63,706 bases of DNA, filler included, from Octopus bimaculoides (GCF_001194135.2; 7 parts of 7 records of this genome joined end to end with filler, not necessarily neighbours in it), one strand, 5' to 3'. Positions 11,345 to 24,000 are shown, numbered from the whole stretch's first letter. Notes: a model not told the origin generated them from the letters alone. A program made the numbers and translations.

Positions 11345-12041
11345 CTGGTAAAATCCATCGGATAATTGCAGCTTCGAAAGCGTCTTTATTTTGATGCTCA
11401 ATAGGCACCAGAAAACATTTGTCAGTTCCACGTTCAATTCCACCAAAAACACAGAATCTTTTCATATGCTTCTTTTCATTGGGTGTAGGTTTGAAATGTG
11501 TGGTCACATCTATTTCAACAACTTTTGGTTCACCTGACTGTAAATCGAACCCGCCAATCTCGGGTGGGTAGGCACCTAATTCAGTCGGGTGGTCTTCCAG
11601 GAACCGTTCTAGTAGTTCTCGGATGAGACAAAACAGATCAATTGTTGATTTCTTACTTACGGTAGTCTCATGGGCTATCTCAGAATGGAAATATTCCCTT
11701 GACCACATGTACATAAGCCATATGAATGTTGTCAGCGACAGGCGGCTATTCTCGAAAAACGATCCTTTGCGGATTGATCTACAGTAGTTATGCTTTGGGC
11801 ATCTCCATCGTTTTCCATCTATACCCTTCTGGTAACCGTTAACTGTACACGGGTTCCCGCAAGTGGGACACACAACAGAATTGCTTATAAGTTCATATTT
11901 CGCCAGCCATGTAATTGCTTTTTCATTCGTAGAAGTTTGTTGAAAGAGATCACAAAATGTCCAGGTCTCTTGCTTAATTTTTTCGTCATCAATAATGTCT
12001 GTGCATATTATTTTGGGGCTTGGTTGTCTTCTCCGTGGCAT
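11345..12041 (-). CDS. Coding exon 1 (aa 1-233) of a Merlin/IS1595 (ISXO2-like) transposase-derived protein
   Basis: Intact ORF from ATG 12041. Zinc-ribbon-like CPTC...DGKRWRCPKH, then SIRKGSFFENSRL, VVEID, VFGGIERGTDKCFLVPI and IRWILPG, all typical of the DDE_Tnp_IS1595 family. Homology stops exactly at the GT donor. Confidence 0.9.
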
Positions 12042-12098
12042 TATGCTAGTAATTAACCGATGAAAATAATATAAACAAAAAGAAAAAGAAACAAAAGC

Positions 12099-12142
12099 TT
12101 TATACGAAACTAATACTCTGAAAAGTGTTAGTTTCGTATAAA
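12099..12142. repeat. 18-bp-arm hairpin upstream of the transposase-derived ATG
   Basis: TTTATACGAAACTAATAC (12099-12116) pairs with GTGTTAGTTTCGTATAAA (12125-12142), with one mismatch. Confidence 0.85.
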
Positions 12143-12659
12143 TTGTTTTCTGTTTAGAAGGAAATATTTTTTTCCTTTACAGTGCGGATATACCCCTTTC
12201 AATTGCAATCCATTTCTTATATTTTTACGTTTTACATGTTGAAAATAACTATTACAAGTTTCCTTTCTATAAATACAGAATGTATCTTTTCAATATATAA
12301 AAATAGAAAATAAATTTTTTCAAACTTTATTACTTTCCTATTTCTTCTTCAAAGTATGGAATATCACTTGTCTGTTTTGCAAGTATTAATATTCTGTTAT
12401 TAAGTTTTTAAGCAATCAAAATTTAAAATGTTACCCCAGCAATTCAAAAGTTACATTTGACTATGTAAAAATAAAGATGTTATTCTGTGATTCTCCAATT
12501 AATATAACGTAAATTTTCACTTTGAGGTGTATAGGATTCAAATTAAAGAATATATACAGTTTCCATGATTCGACTGGACTATGCTAGGGCATCATCTTCA
12601 CTGCTTTTTCTCCGTTTTATAAATCCCTAGACTCTATTTGACACGAATTAGCTCAGTAT

Positions 12660-12930
12660 AGCTTTTAGTACAAAGTTACGTCCCTTTAAATTACACACTG
12701 TAAAAGAACATAATTTCCAGGTAGAGATGCACATGCACTGCGACAAGTTCGTACACGGTTTTCGTCGGTGAGATTTGACAAGCAGAGCATAGGTCTGTCC
12801 GAGGTACACAAGAAGATGCTTGCTCACGAGAGCTCGTAGAACGATCAAAGCTAGAAGTATGTCGGTGCGATGTGAATTTCTGGCACTATCACGCTATTAG
12901 ATGTCAGAAGTGAAAGTAGTCGCTGTCTGT
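12660..12930. promoter_or_regulatory. CpG-enriched segment, candidate promoter or 5' non-coding exon of the transposase-derived gene
   Basis: Locally CpG-rich unique sequence 0.6-0.9 kb upstream of an acceptor-like TAG|CATA-ATG (AG at 12047-12046). No transcript evidence is available. Confidence 0.3.
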
Positions 12931-13544
12931 CTGCCTGTCTGCCTGCATGCCTGTTGCTGGTCTGTCAGCCTGCTTGCCTGTCTGCCTGCATGCCTGCTGC
13001 TGGCCTGTCTGCCTGCTTGCCTGCTGAGCTATCTGTCTGTCTGTCTGCTGGTTTGAGTTGATACTTTGGCTTACTTACTTACTGATATCTATCTACTATG
13101 TATCTATCTATCAATTATTAGAAAACACAAATTTAATATAAAAACATTTTCCTGAAATTGCAAATTATTTAAAATATAAAAATATAATTTTCAACAGAGA
13201 GAATTTATCAAAATAGAANNNNNNNNNNNNNNNNNNNNNNNNNNNNNNNNNNNNNNNNNNNNTTAATTAATTAANNNNNNNNNNNNNNNNNNNNNNNNNN
13301 NNNNNNNNNNNNNNNNNNTATATATATATAAATATATATATATGCATATATGTATATATGTATATGTACATATGTATATGTATATATGCATCTGTATATA
13401 TGTATGTGTATATATGTATATATGTATATGTATATGTATATATGTACATATGTATATATATGTGTGTATATGTATATCTATTTATGTATATATAGATGTG
13501 TAGATATATATATATATATAGATGTATTAAAAAATATGTACACT

Positions 13545-13735
13545 GTCAAACACGATTCCCAGGGACAGAAAAATCCTCATGAGACGTAGGTCAAAGATCT
13601 CAGAGCAGCTGAATAGGCAACTGACGGATAGAGAGCAGTCTGTCTTAACACGGACGCTCCTAGAAATTGAAAGCAAGATCAAACTCTCTCATGAAAGGGA
13701 AAGAAAAGAGAGAACAGAGAGAGAGAGAGAGAGAA

Positions 13736-13781
<46 letters not shown>

Positions 13782-15530
13782 TGTGGAAAGCATAAAAACA
13801 AATCCCAAAGCTTTCTATAAATTCGCAAAGGAAACAGCTACAACACAATATAAAATAGGATCATTGTTCCAAGGGAATGACTCATTGACAGCAGACCCAG
13901 GAAGAATAAGTGGGATACTCAGTGGACACATGCAGATAAAAAATCCAGCTGAATTCTTTGATATTGCAGCACTGAAAAAGGAGGCGCCAGCCATCGATTA
14001 CATCAAAATTGAGGAAACAGATGTAACAGATGAAATGAAATCATGCTCCGTCACTGGTCCTGATGGATTTCCAGCTATTCTCCTAAAGTCATGTAAGCAG
14101 GATTTAGCAAAACCCCTTCAGATACTTTTCCAAAGTTTCCTTGCAAGTGGTATACTTCCTAAAAAGCTGAAAGAAAGTATTATATGCCCTATTCACAAAG
14201 GTTGAAGCAGAACAGAGGCCAAAAACTACAGGCCAATATCTCTGACTTCGCATATCAGTAAAGTCATGGAGTGAATCATTAGAAAGAAGTTGATAATGTT
14301 CCTAAAAGAAAATGATCTACTGAACAATACTCAGCATGGCTTCCGCCCAGGAAGAAGCTGCATCACACAGCTCCTTCAGCACTATGACTGGGTTTTGAAA
14401 CAGCTGCTTGACCATTCAGATGTCAGTGTGATATACCTTGACTTTGCAAAGGCATTTCATAAGGTAGATCATGGCATGATAAGTTATTAGCTACAAGACC
14501 TTGGCATTGCTGGTAAACTGGGAGAGTGGCTGCATGACTTCCTTAAAAACAGAAGCCAGGCAGTTGCAGCCAATGGCGCCCTCTCCGAGGAAACTGAAAT
14601 CGTCAGTGGTGTCTCCCAAGGAACTGTTCTGGGGCCATTACTGTTCATAATAGCCCTCTTAAATATGCCCACAGTCACTCGGACAGCCACTGTCACTAGC
14701 TATGGCGATGACACAAAATTATCACTGGCAGTAAAACATCAAGAGGCTATTACAAGCTTACAGCGGACCGAAATAAAGAGCATGCAGTTTAATGCTGGAA
14801 AATTTCAAGCATTGCAATATAAACTCAGTACAAATACGGTACAATCTATATTTACAGGAGCCGAAGGCACTACAATCCCAGAGTCACAGGCAGTGAAAGA
14901 CTTGGGGATCAGCAGATGCAATGACGCATCATTTCATATGCACATGAGCAAGATGACAGCAAAATGCAGACAACAAGCAGGATGGATACTGAGATCCTTC
15001 AAGACAAGAGACCAAGAAAGTATGTTGACCCTGTGGAGAACGTTTGTTCCTGGCCGCCTGGATTATTGTTCCCAGTTATGGTCACCACATAGTGCCAAAT
15101 TAACAGCGGAGCTTGAAGGAGTCCAACGCCATTACACTAAAAGACTGAAACAGTGCAGTGGATGAGCTATAGGGATAGGCTGAGAAAACTACAGTTTTAC
15201 TCCTTGGAGCGAAGGCGTGACAGATACGCAATAATATACATATGGAAAATCCTAGAAGTGCTGCCATTGAGTGTACTGGCCACTATTGCATTGTACCAAA
15301 GGTACCGTCCACTCCGTCTAAATTCAGGACCAGGTTTTGCAATAGTCTAGGGTTCAAAGGCCCACATCTTTTCAATGCCCTGCCACCAAAAATTTAGAAA
15401 TTTGCATAAGGTGGAAATAGATGTCTTCAAAAAGGAATTAGACATTCTTCTCTCCACAATACCGGATGAACCAACAGCCCGACATGAGGTACAGACGAGG
15501 GCTGCGGAATCAAATGTGCCAACAGCTGGG
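13545..15530 (+). mobile_element. 5'-truncated CR1-like LINE ORF2 pseudogene (RT and C-terminal region)
   Basis: KTNPKAFYK, GPDGFPAILLK, NYRPISLTS, QHGFRPGRSC, YLDFAKAF, GVSQGTVLGPLLF, SYGDDTKL, RLDYCSQLWSP and SLERRR motifs, broken by stops, frameshifts and a (GA)n insertion. Confidence 0.9.
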
Positions 15531-16374
15531 AAAAAGGTACATACAGGAGTGTTGATGTGAAGCACTAAGACTGAGGAATTCAGAAAGACCATGGTGGGGC
15601 TCCAGCATGACCACAGCCGCATGGCTGAAACGAGAAAGAGAGTGAAAGAGTAAAAAAAGAGTATATATGTATACATATGTATATATATATGTATATACGG
15701 AAAAGCGTATTCAACAAATGACAACCACACCTGNNNNNNNNNNNNNNNNNNNNNNNNNNNNNNNNNNNNNNNNNNNNNNNNNNNNNNNNNNNNNNNNNNN
15801 NNNNNNNNNNNNNNNNNNNNNNNNNNNNNNNNNNNNNNNNNNNNNNNNNNNNNNNNNNNNNNNNNNNNNNNNNNNNNNNNNNNNNNNNNNNNNNNNNNNN
15901 NNNNNNNNNNNNNNNNNNNNNNNNNNNNNNNNNNNNNNNNNNNNNNNNNNNNNNNNNNNNNNNNNNNNNNNNNNNNNNNNNNNNNNNNNNNNNNNNNNNN
16001 NNNNNNNNNNNNNNNNNNNNNNNNNNNNNNNNNNNNNNNNNNNNNNNNNNNNNNNNNNNNNNNNNNNNNNNNNNNNNNNNNNNNNNNNNNNNNNNNNNNN
16101 NNNNNNNNNNNNNNNNNNNNNNNNNNNNNNNNNNNNNNNNNNNNNNNNNNNNNNNNNNNNNNNNNNNNNNNNNNNNNNNNNNNNNNNNNNNNNNNNNNNN
16201 NNNNNNNNNNNNNNNNNNNNNNNNNNATATATATATATATGTATATATGTATATATATGTATATATGTATATATACATATACATGTATATATGTATATAT
16301 ATATGTATATACGGAAAAGCGTATTCAACAAATGACAACCACACCTGCTCACCGTTACGGTATCGCTGGAGATG

Positions 16375-18065
16375 TCGCTGAAGATGTCCCTAGAAAGGCC
16401 TTCAGGCGTCTGAAGAACTCTGGCTGCCCCGTTCCAGTCGGTGCGTACACTGCGACCAGTCTAAAAGCACTGCCTTCGTTACCATTCACATCCTGGACCA
16501 CCGACTTACCTTCCGGGTCCAGGAAGATCGACCGTATCTCGAAATTCAACATTGCCACCCCACTCCCATTCCAGGTCGACTAAGAGATGCGAAAATCTCA
16601 AAGTCATCGAAAATGGGAGCCAAGGCCCATGTGTCCACTTTTCTGGTCTCACTGATGGCCATTATATCCAGACTTAGCCACGTTGCGCAAGCGTTCTCGA
16701 TTCCACTATGACCCCAGGCCACGTACATTTATATAACCCACTTCAAGAACCGCCATGCCGGCCAGGAAGTAAGGGAAGGAAAAAGGGAGTTGTCACTTAC
16801 CCTCCTGGTGCTGCTTGTGATTGAATGGTTCTCCCACCCTGTCTATTTAGTGGGTTCCTCTGGAAACCCACTTAAAAGCCATCTGCTGCTTGTTACACTG
16901 GAATTTCCAGTGTCATACGGGTAGCTCCGCTTAATGCTCGTATAAGTCTCTAATATCATTTGCACCATCATTAAGCTCTCCGGTACTCAAAAAGTATTGG
17001 GACTGCAGATCATACCGTCTCTTTCAATGTTCTCATTTTGTGCTATGAGAGCCATCAGTGTTTCATTTGCCCTCCTCCCTAACACGAAATTCCGCTGCTG
17101 CTCGAATGGTTGTTGTTGTTGTTGTTGTACTGACATCTTCCTTTTTAAAGTTTCGTGTGTTTTTGATTCTGCTGTGGGTGTTTGTGATGGTGTTGGTGCT
17201 TGTAGTGTTGGTGTTTCATCAGTGTGTCTGTCTGTGCCGTTTCTTGGATTTCTCCCTTTTCTCTGTGTCTCTTTCTTGATTTCTTTTTGCCTTTTCGACT
17301 TCTCCTTCATCATCATTTGGATGCATGGAGAAGTCCGTGTCTTGTGTGTTGTCTTCTGTTGTCGTTTGTTCTGGATCTCTTGTAGTTGTTGTTGTTGCTC
17401 CTGCTAGAGTAGCTTCCGCCACTCCTGCTGGTGCTACTCCCACTACCACCTACTGTAACACCTGTTTGTTTTGTCTCCTTATGTTCAATTTCTGTTTCTA
17501 TTCCCTTGTCTTTCTGTTGTTGTTCTTGTTGTTTTTGTCGATGATGTTTTGTGGTGCTTTCGTTTGGACATTTCTTTCTGTCCTTCTGTTCTAGTTCTGT
17601 GGGCAGAAAAACCGTAATTCGCCCGTTGAACCACAATCGTGGCACCTCGGCCTTCTGCCCTCCACGTTCACCCTTACTTCTACTCCATTCGAAAGGGAAA
17701 TCGGATCTAGGACTTTCTATAACTTCTCTGGCTTCATGTGGAGAAGAACCTCCAAGGTAGTCCCAATACAATTCTCCCTCCTCAATCTTTTAATATCCAG
17801 AAGATTCTCTCCCCCGTCTGTACAAATACAGGCGAGAATCTACCATAAATTCAGGCCTGGTGGGAAACCCGCAATGTGGTGGATATCCTGCCACATGTCT
17901 TTCAGAGCTTTTTCCACCTGTTCATGTTTAGCATTTTCGAGTTTCCTCGTCTTTGTGCTCATGCACCTGTAGACAACTGTCCGTTTGGCTGTTGCTTCAA
18001 GCACGTCGCTTGGAGGCGTCAGTTCTTCTATCCTTCCATTCATTTTCATATATTTTGCTGCCTTG
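16375..18065 (-). mobile_element. Fragment of an L1/Tx1-clade LINE (ORF1 remnant plus endonuclease N-terminus)
   Basis: APE-type motifs LDIMAISETR and DPEGKSVV...FRLVAVYAPT at 16380-16730. Upstream low-complexity T/Q/K-rich ORF1 pieces. Similar to the plus-strand copy at 21050. Confidence 0.7.
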
Positions 18066-19060
18066 TGGCGAATAAGGCGGATGGGGAACAAGTTCGTATC
18101 CACAATCACGAACTGTTGCCATGGCAACCACTGAGGTGTGGACTGGAGCATTGTGATGGAAAAGGACTCTTCTGGTGAGCATTCCCGGCTTTTTTTCTTT
18201 GATTGCTTCTCGGAGGCGTTTCAGTAGCTGAGAATGATATAGCCCTGTCACGGTGTGACCCTTTTCAAGGTAATCGATCATCAAGACACCTTGAGAATAA
18301 AAAAAAAAACGGACGCCATGACATTGCCAGTTGAAAGAATGACCCTGACCTTCTTTGGGATAGGAGAAGATGTGTGCTTCCACTGCTTTGATTGTTCTTT
18401 GGTTTCAGGCTGGTAGTGATGAACCCATCTTTCGTCCATAGTAATGAAACAAGCGAGAAAATTCTCTTCATCGGCTTCAAACAGTTCCAGATTGCTCGTG
18501 GACAAAGTGCACCTGGTGCACTCAGGAATCAAAAGGCGAGAGACCCACCTTGCGGAAACCTTTGAGAACCCAAGTTCTTTTGTAACAATGTTGTCTGCTC
18601 TTTCAATTGAGATGCCCAGTCTCTTGGCTATCTGACGACATGATATTCGGCGATCTTGCAGTATCATACCAAGAGCAAGGTCAAGGTTGTCCTTGGTGGT
18701 TGCAGTTGGAGGTCTCCCTGGTCTGGGATCATCTTCCACACTTTCCTTGCCACTCTTGAATTCATTTACCCAGCGTTTGACTGTTGCATATGAAGGAGAA
18801 TTGTCTTTTAAGATTCTCACCATATCTTCATGGATTTCTGAAGGTACTTTATGACAGCACGATACTCAGTTTTCTCCATTTCCTTGTAAATTCGAAGCTT
18901 GTTTATTCAAAAATCTGCAACAAAGGAAAAAAATACCAGAATCATGAAAATGAGCAAGAATACTCTGAAAAGACTGTACTTACCAGAAAAAATTGTTTCA
19001 GCTATCTAGCAGCCCCGTTTCTTGGTTAGGCACAAGGCTTTTCATACACCCATCGTGGTA
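18066..19060 (-). mobile_element. Mariner transposon (irritans/Himar-like) pseudogene, 3'-truncated
   Basis: ATG 18879 MEKTEYRAVIKYLQK..., PSYATVKRWVNEFKSG...DDPRPGRP, ARWVSRLL, ITMDERWVHHY, HNAPVH, HPPYSP. TIR-like left end near 19025-19060. Frameshifted. Confidence 0.9.
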
Positions 19061-21049
19061 TACATCATGATTTGATAATCTCTGCCTCTCTTTCATTTAA
19101 CTTCTGTGTTCACATGTTTTCTCCTGCAGATTCACTCGAATCCTTCGGTACTCATACATAATCTTCCCACAACCTTGTGTAATTCTCTTTGACTTTCACC
19201 TATCTTCACCGACAATAACAACATAGTCTTAGTTAAGTCAAGTGAAATACCTTTAACTCAAAACCTTCAACTTTGCGAATAGCTCACGGCTAGAATTACG
19301 ATATTCCTTAGAAATTCTAGATTCTGTTGACCCTAGGGTACTCTCACCGATGAACTTTAGTGCGAAAGCAAATATTTCATACATCTAAGGATGCATAAAA
19401 TTCATATATCTAAGGATTCATTCAAACTGAACTGTTGTTGAATTTATATCTGACACTATAATGCAGTAGTGATCATACATTTAAAACGTTGCTTTCACTA
19501 TGTATTCATTATAAGTAGCATCAATTCCATCTAGTTATTCTAAAACATATTAACTTAATTCTTGCAATATTCGCGAGTAATAGGTGAGTTCATTACGTCG
19601 GTTGTTTAGCCGTAGGTCAACCCGGATAGAGCCAAACTATGATCACATGTATTCTAGCCACGACAATCCTAACTTTTGTATGACACGGTTTTCAGAGTAT
19701 CCTTTTTATTTAAGGATATTATGATGTCGTTTGAAGGAGATTTTGCTGCTATTTTAGCAAGTCGAGCGACGAACCGAAAGCTCTCTCATTAGCTTCTAAT
19801 GTGAGGTTAGTTAAGTTGGTTGTTTTCGCGTCTGCCAGTGTTGTTGTTATATCGTTTCTGTTCATTTCTGATGTTGTCGTTATGTTGTTATTCCAAATGT
19901 ATTCAGTAAGAACATAAGTATTTCGCATATTCACTCTTTTGATGTTTGTATATTGATCGGCGATTTAAAAGAATGTTACACACACAAACTCGCACACACA
20001 TTCATATTATCATATTATGCATATTTGTTTATTTGTCTATGCGAATATGACTATGAAGTAAACAGATGTATATGCATTATTTAGGAGATAGATAGAGGGA
20101 TAGATAGATAATGTAAATAGGATGCTAAATATACGTGACTTAATTCAAATGAAAAAGGCACTGAAGATAAATAATTAGCACACGTGTTGTTCTGGAAACA
20201 AACTGACGTCGGATTAACACTAACTATGAATAAGTATCGTTCCGGATATACAAAAGGTTTTATCGAACAAGCTAAAGATGTTCAACCCACCACCTTTGTT
20301 TAAGATATTCAAATAGTAAAATTGTTTCTTGTTCTCTAGTACTATACAGTAAATTTCTAATGTTGATATGCTTACCAAAATAATTGCAGGAAATTCATAA
20401 TATTAGTGAAGATATATTGCTTAATCTCATGCTGAAGAGTTTATTTTCACATAATAATTCAAGAAAGATTACATTTGAATGGAACCTCCCTCCAGAGTAA
20501 TCTTTCTTGAGCCTTGAACTACAGATAACTAGTTAAACATCAGTTATACAGTTATACGGTGAGTGTTCAAGTTTGAATACTGTTAAATATGGACTTACTA
20601 ACTAAGACATAAATTCCCATTTGAGTTTAAGTATCTATAAAAACTTTTAAATATACGCGATACCAGTCACCTGGATAAAGAATGTCGGTTTCGTACTATA
20701 TCATTGTGGCTTACCTTCATAAAGTATTCATTCCCCTAGCTCTATACTTAGTAACACATAGTAACAAATGAGAAAAAACAAGGATCGGAAAATGCTGTGC
20801 AGTCTGATTCCATTATCTGTCTACAGAGTTGACAAATAATGAAACAAGAAAAAGGAAAAATAATAATACGATCGTATCTTCGTAGATGGTTTCTTAGTAG
20901 GGCAATGGAGATAAATTATACGGAGTCAGCAGAAAGCTGGACTAAAGTATTTGCTCCATTATCACTCACTATGGGGATTTAAACTAGAGTATAAAACAAT
21001 ACTGTTATTATATCGAATAGACTCAATGTACTACACTATTCTTTGGTGC

Positions 21050-24000
21050 ATTCATCTCAACACTAGTCGGAGTACCACCACCAGCAAGAGTACCACTACT
21101 AGTCAGAGTACCACCAACACCAGCCGAAGCACCACCAACACCAGTCGGAGTACAACCAACACCAGTCGGAGTACAACCACCATCACCACAAACAACTAAT
21201 ACCCCCCCCCCCACAAAAAAAAGAACAGCCAGAGAATATCCCCCTTCCTGACTAAAACAACTCGGACTGTTCGAGTATTGAGGTCAAGAAGGCGGAGTGG
21301 CAAACAGTTCCTCCTAAAATAAGGGGACAAAAAGACAGTAGGAGAAAAGAGGGGGAGGCGCAAACAGAAGGAAATTCTCAACAGCACCAGCACGCACACA
21401 CAGCAATCAACAACAACACCACCACCAGCACTACCACCTCAAACACCGACACAAACAGACTGCACAAACGCCACCAACCTCACAGCTATCGTTATCGACA
21501 ACACAGACCTCGTTAAATACATCAGACAACACACAGACACCACAATGAAAAACTTTGTCTTTCCAACACACAATGCATACAAATTTTGGAATTGAAGCAT
21601 GACACCTACAGCACATTAAAAATTAGCTTTCCTAATGCTGTTGGGTCTTTTCAGAAAACTTTTCCGAAAAGACTATGCAAAAAACCTCGTGCAAACGCCC
21701 ACAACAAAGACCAGGGGGACAACAATGCCAGACAACCACGGTAAGTAGAGCTCTTCTCTGAATTTATTTTATAATGATGATGCTCAGAATAGGTTGTGTA
21801 AATGTCAGAGGCCTCGGGTCGCCTTGGAAACAAGGTCACTTTTAAATGACATAAGGTCCCTTAGTATAGATGTTGCAGCCATTAGTGAATGCAGACTATC
21901 TGATCCACGGAACCTCATCACCTCTTTCGGTGGATACGAGATCTATCTATTTCCGTGTCGGCCGGAAGAGGGAAAGTGGTGGTACTGTGACGCTTTTCCG
22001 GAAGAGTCTGGATTTGAAAATAAAAGCAGTCTTCCTGGATCCAGAAGGTAAGTTGGTGATCCTAAATATGAACAGCAGTGACGGCGGTGCATTCAGATTG
22101 GTGGCTGCCTATGATCCAACAAGGGCAGGGCGGTCTGATTACTTCAAGCATCAGGAGGTTTTCCTGGGAACGTCTCGGACTTTAGTATTAGTAGGGGATT
22201 GAAACGCTGTCTTAGATGGACGTTTCGATTGCGTGGGAGTATCTGATAGTAGAGTGGGGTGCAAAGGCCTCAAAAACCTGCTCACACATTTTCAATTGAG
22301 TGACAGGTACCGACTAGATTACCCAGATGTGCCAATGTGGACTTGAACGAATCGCATCGGGTCAGCTAGATCTTATCTAGATAGGGTATTTTGTAGGCCA
22401 GCAGATAAGGATAGCATAGGGTGTCCACAATTTCACATGGTCGGCTACACAGACCACAAATATGTGATCTGTACAGTCGATTTAGATAGGCTTCAGAGAC
22501 AGGGTCCTAGTTACTGGAAGCTGAACACGTCGTTACTGGCGTGTCAAACTTATAGAGACCGGATTAGCGAATTAATTAAGCAGGCGTTGACGGGTGCAAT
22601 CGTCAACAACACTGGTGGTTTGCTCTTAAAAGGGCTATTAGAGTAGTTTCGATTAGGTTTAGCAAGGCATTAGCGATAGAAAGAAATAGAATAGAGGGAG
22701 ATTTATTTAGAAAGTTAGATGAAGCGCCTAGGACAAGCATCACAACTGACGTGTTGGCGGCGAGGTTGGCTCTCGTCCAATTTTTCAACGCCAAACATGA
22801 AGGATGCGTTTTCAGAGCTAAGGCACGTTCACTGAGTGAGGAGGGAACGAAAGCGTCACGATGGGCCCACGTGGCGGAGGTGAAAAGTGGTAATAAAGTC
22901 ACCATTCGGTCTTTGGTAGATCAGAGTGGAGTCGTGGTGTTCGAGCCAAAACAGATGTGTGCAGCTTCTCAGCGGTACTTTGCTCGACTAATCGGGACGA
23001 ATAGTAGGACGGATTACAGGGCAGACTTCGGTGTCATCCTGTCACGACTCTCGGCGAGCGAGGCGGAGTGCTGCGAAAGGCTAATAAGAGCCGCGGAAAT
23101 ACAGGAAGCGATGAAGAGTTGTACGAGAAGTAGATCACCGGGTTTGGACGGTCTGCCCTTCGAGCTTTATACTTCGTTGCCAGACTTGTTTGAGGGCCTC
23201 TCAGAAAACGTCTACTGCAACTGGCAGCAGAATGGGAGAATTCCCTCTTTTGTCTATAGGGGGGCGGTAACACTGCTGAGAAAGGACCCAAACAAGGGTG
23301 ACGTTATAGGGAATTTCAGGCCCATAACTCTGCTCAATGCAGAGTTGAAGATTTTGTCCAAGGTGTTAGCCAAGTGGTTGGCGCTTGTTGTGGACATGCG
23401 CCATCTCAACCAGGAGTATTCACGATAACCTCTATCTTATGCGCTACATCGTAGAGATGGTCGACCATCAATACTTGGCATTTGTCCTCGGGGCAGCCGG
23501 TTCCGGTCCAGTTTTCGGCAGTTGGATCGCTGCTTTGTACAGCAACATCTGCTCGGTTGTTTGGGTGAATGGTCACCTGTTGGAGCCATTCAGCATCTTG
23601 CATTCGGTCCGTCAAGGGTAGGGTGCCCTCTCTCCCCCCTTCTGTATGCACTGACTCCTGAGCTATTACTGCGGAAGCTGGAGGCTTTGAGGGGTGTCCC
23701 GCGTGATCTAGGATGTAGGAGAAGTGTGTCTGCTTACGCTGATGATGTCACCGTCATAGTGTCAAGCCACAGGTATATATACCTGATTGGTAAAACACTA
23801 CAGGAATATGAAGCGGTGACAGGAGCAAAAATTAACGTGGAAAAATCAGTGGGCTCACAATTCGGAAACTGGAGAGGCAAGTACATGCCGTCCAACAGCG
23901 TGGTGGGGTGCTGGACAGACGGTCCCGTTAAGTTGCTCGGAGTTTGGTTTGGTCCGGACTTCCAGATGGAGAAAAGCTGGGACGAGGTGATGAGCAGGGT

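Noticed and set aside
11223-12041. Treating the 272-aa ORF as a stand-alone truncated transposase pseudogene
   Set aside because: Homology ends exactly at a GT donor, and the missing C-terminus lies in frame behind an AG acceptor at 4997.
13263-13274. TTAATTAATTAA islands inside N runs (also near 24375, 32349, 40257, 59324, 62328)
   Set aside because: The identical 12-mer is always centred in gaps, so it is a scaffolding or gap-marker artefact and not biological.
13579-14205. 208-aa ORF with an ERERER tract as a host gene
   Set aside because: It is part of a broken CR1-like ORF2; the ER run is a (GA)n microsatellite insertion.
15660-16347. Direct repeat ...ATACGGAAAAGCGTATTCAACAAATGACAACCACACCTG on both sides of a gap
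   Set aside because: Most likely an unmerged contig overlap next to a microsatellite. It cannot be told from a real duplication without reads.
21058-21182. Regular 21-bp repeats as a CRISPR-like array or mucin exon
   Set aside because: There are no unique spacers, the context is eukaryotic, and the repeats are contiguous with a LINE ORF1 remnant.
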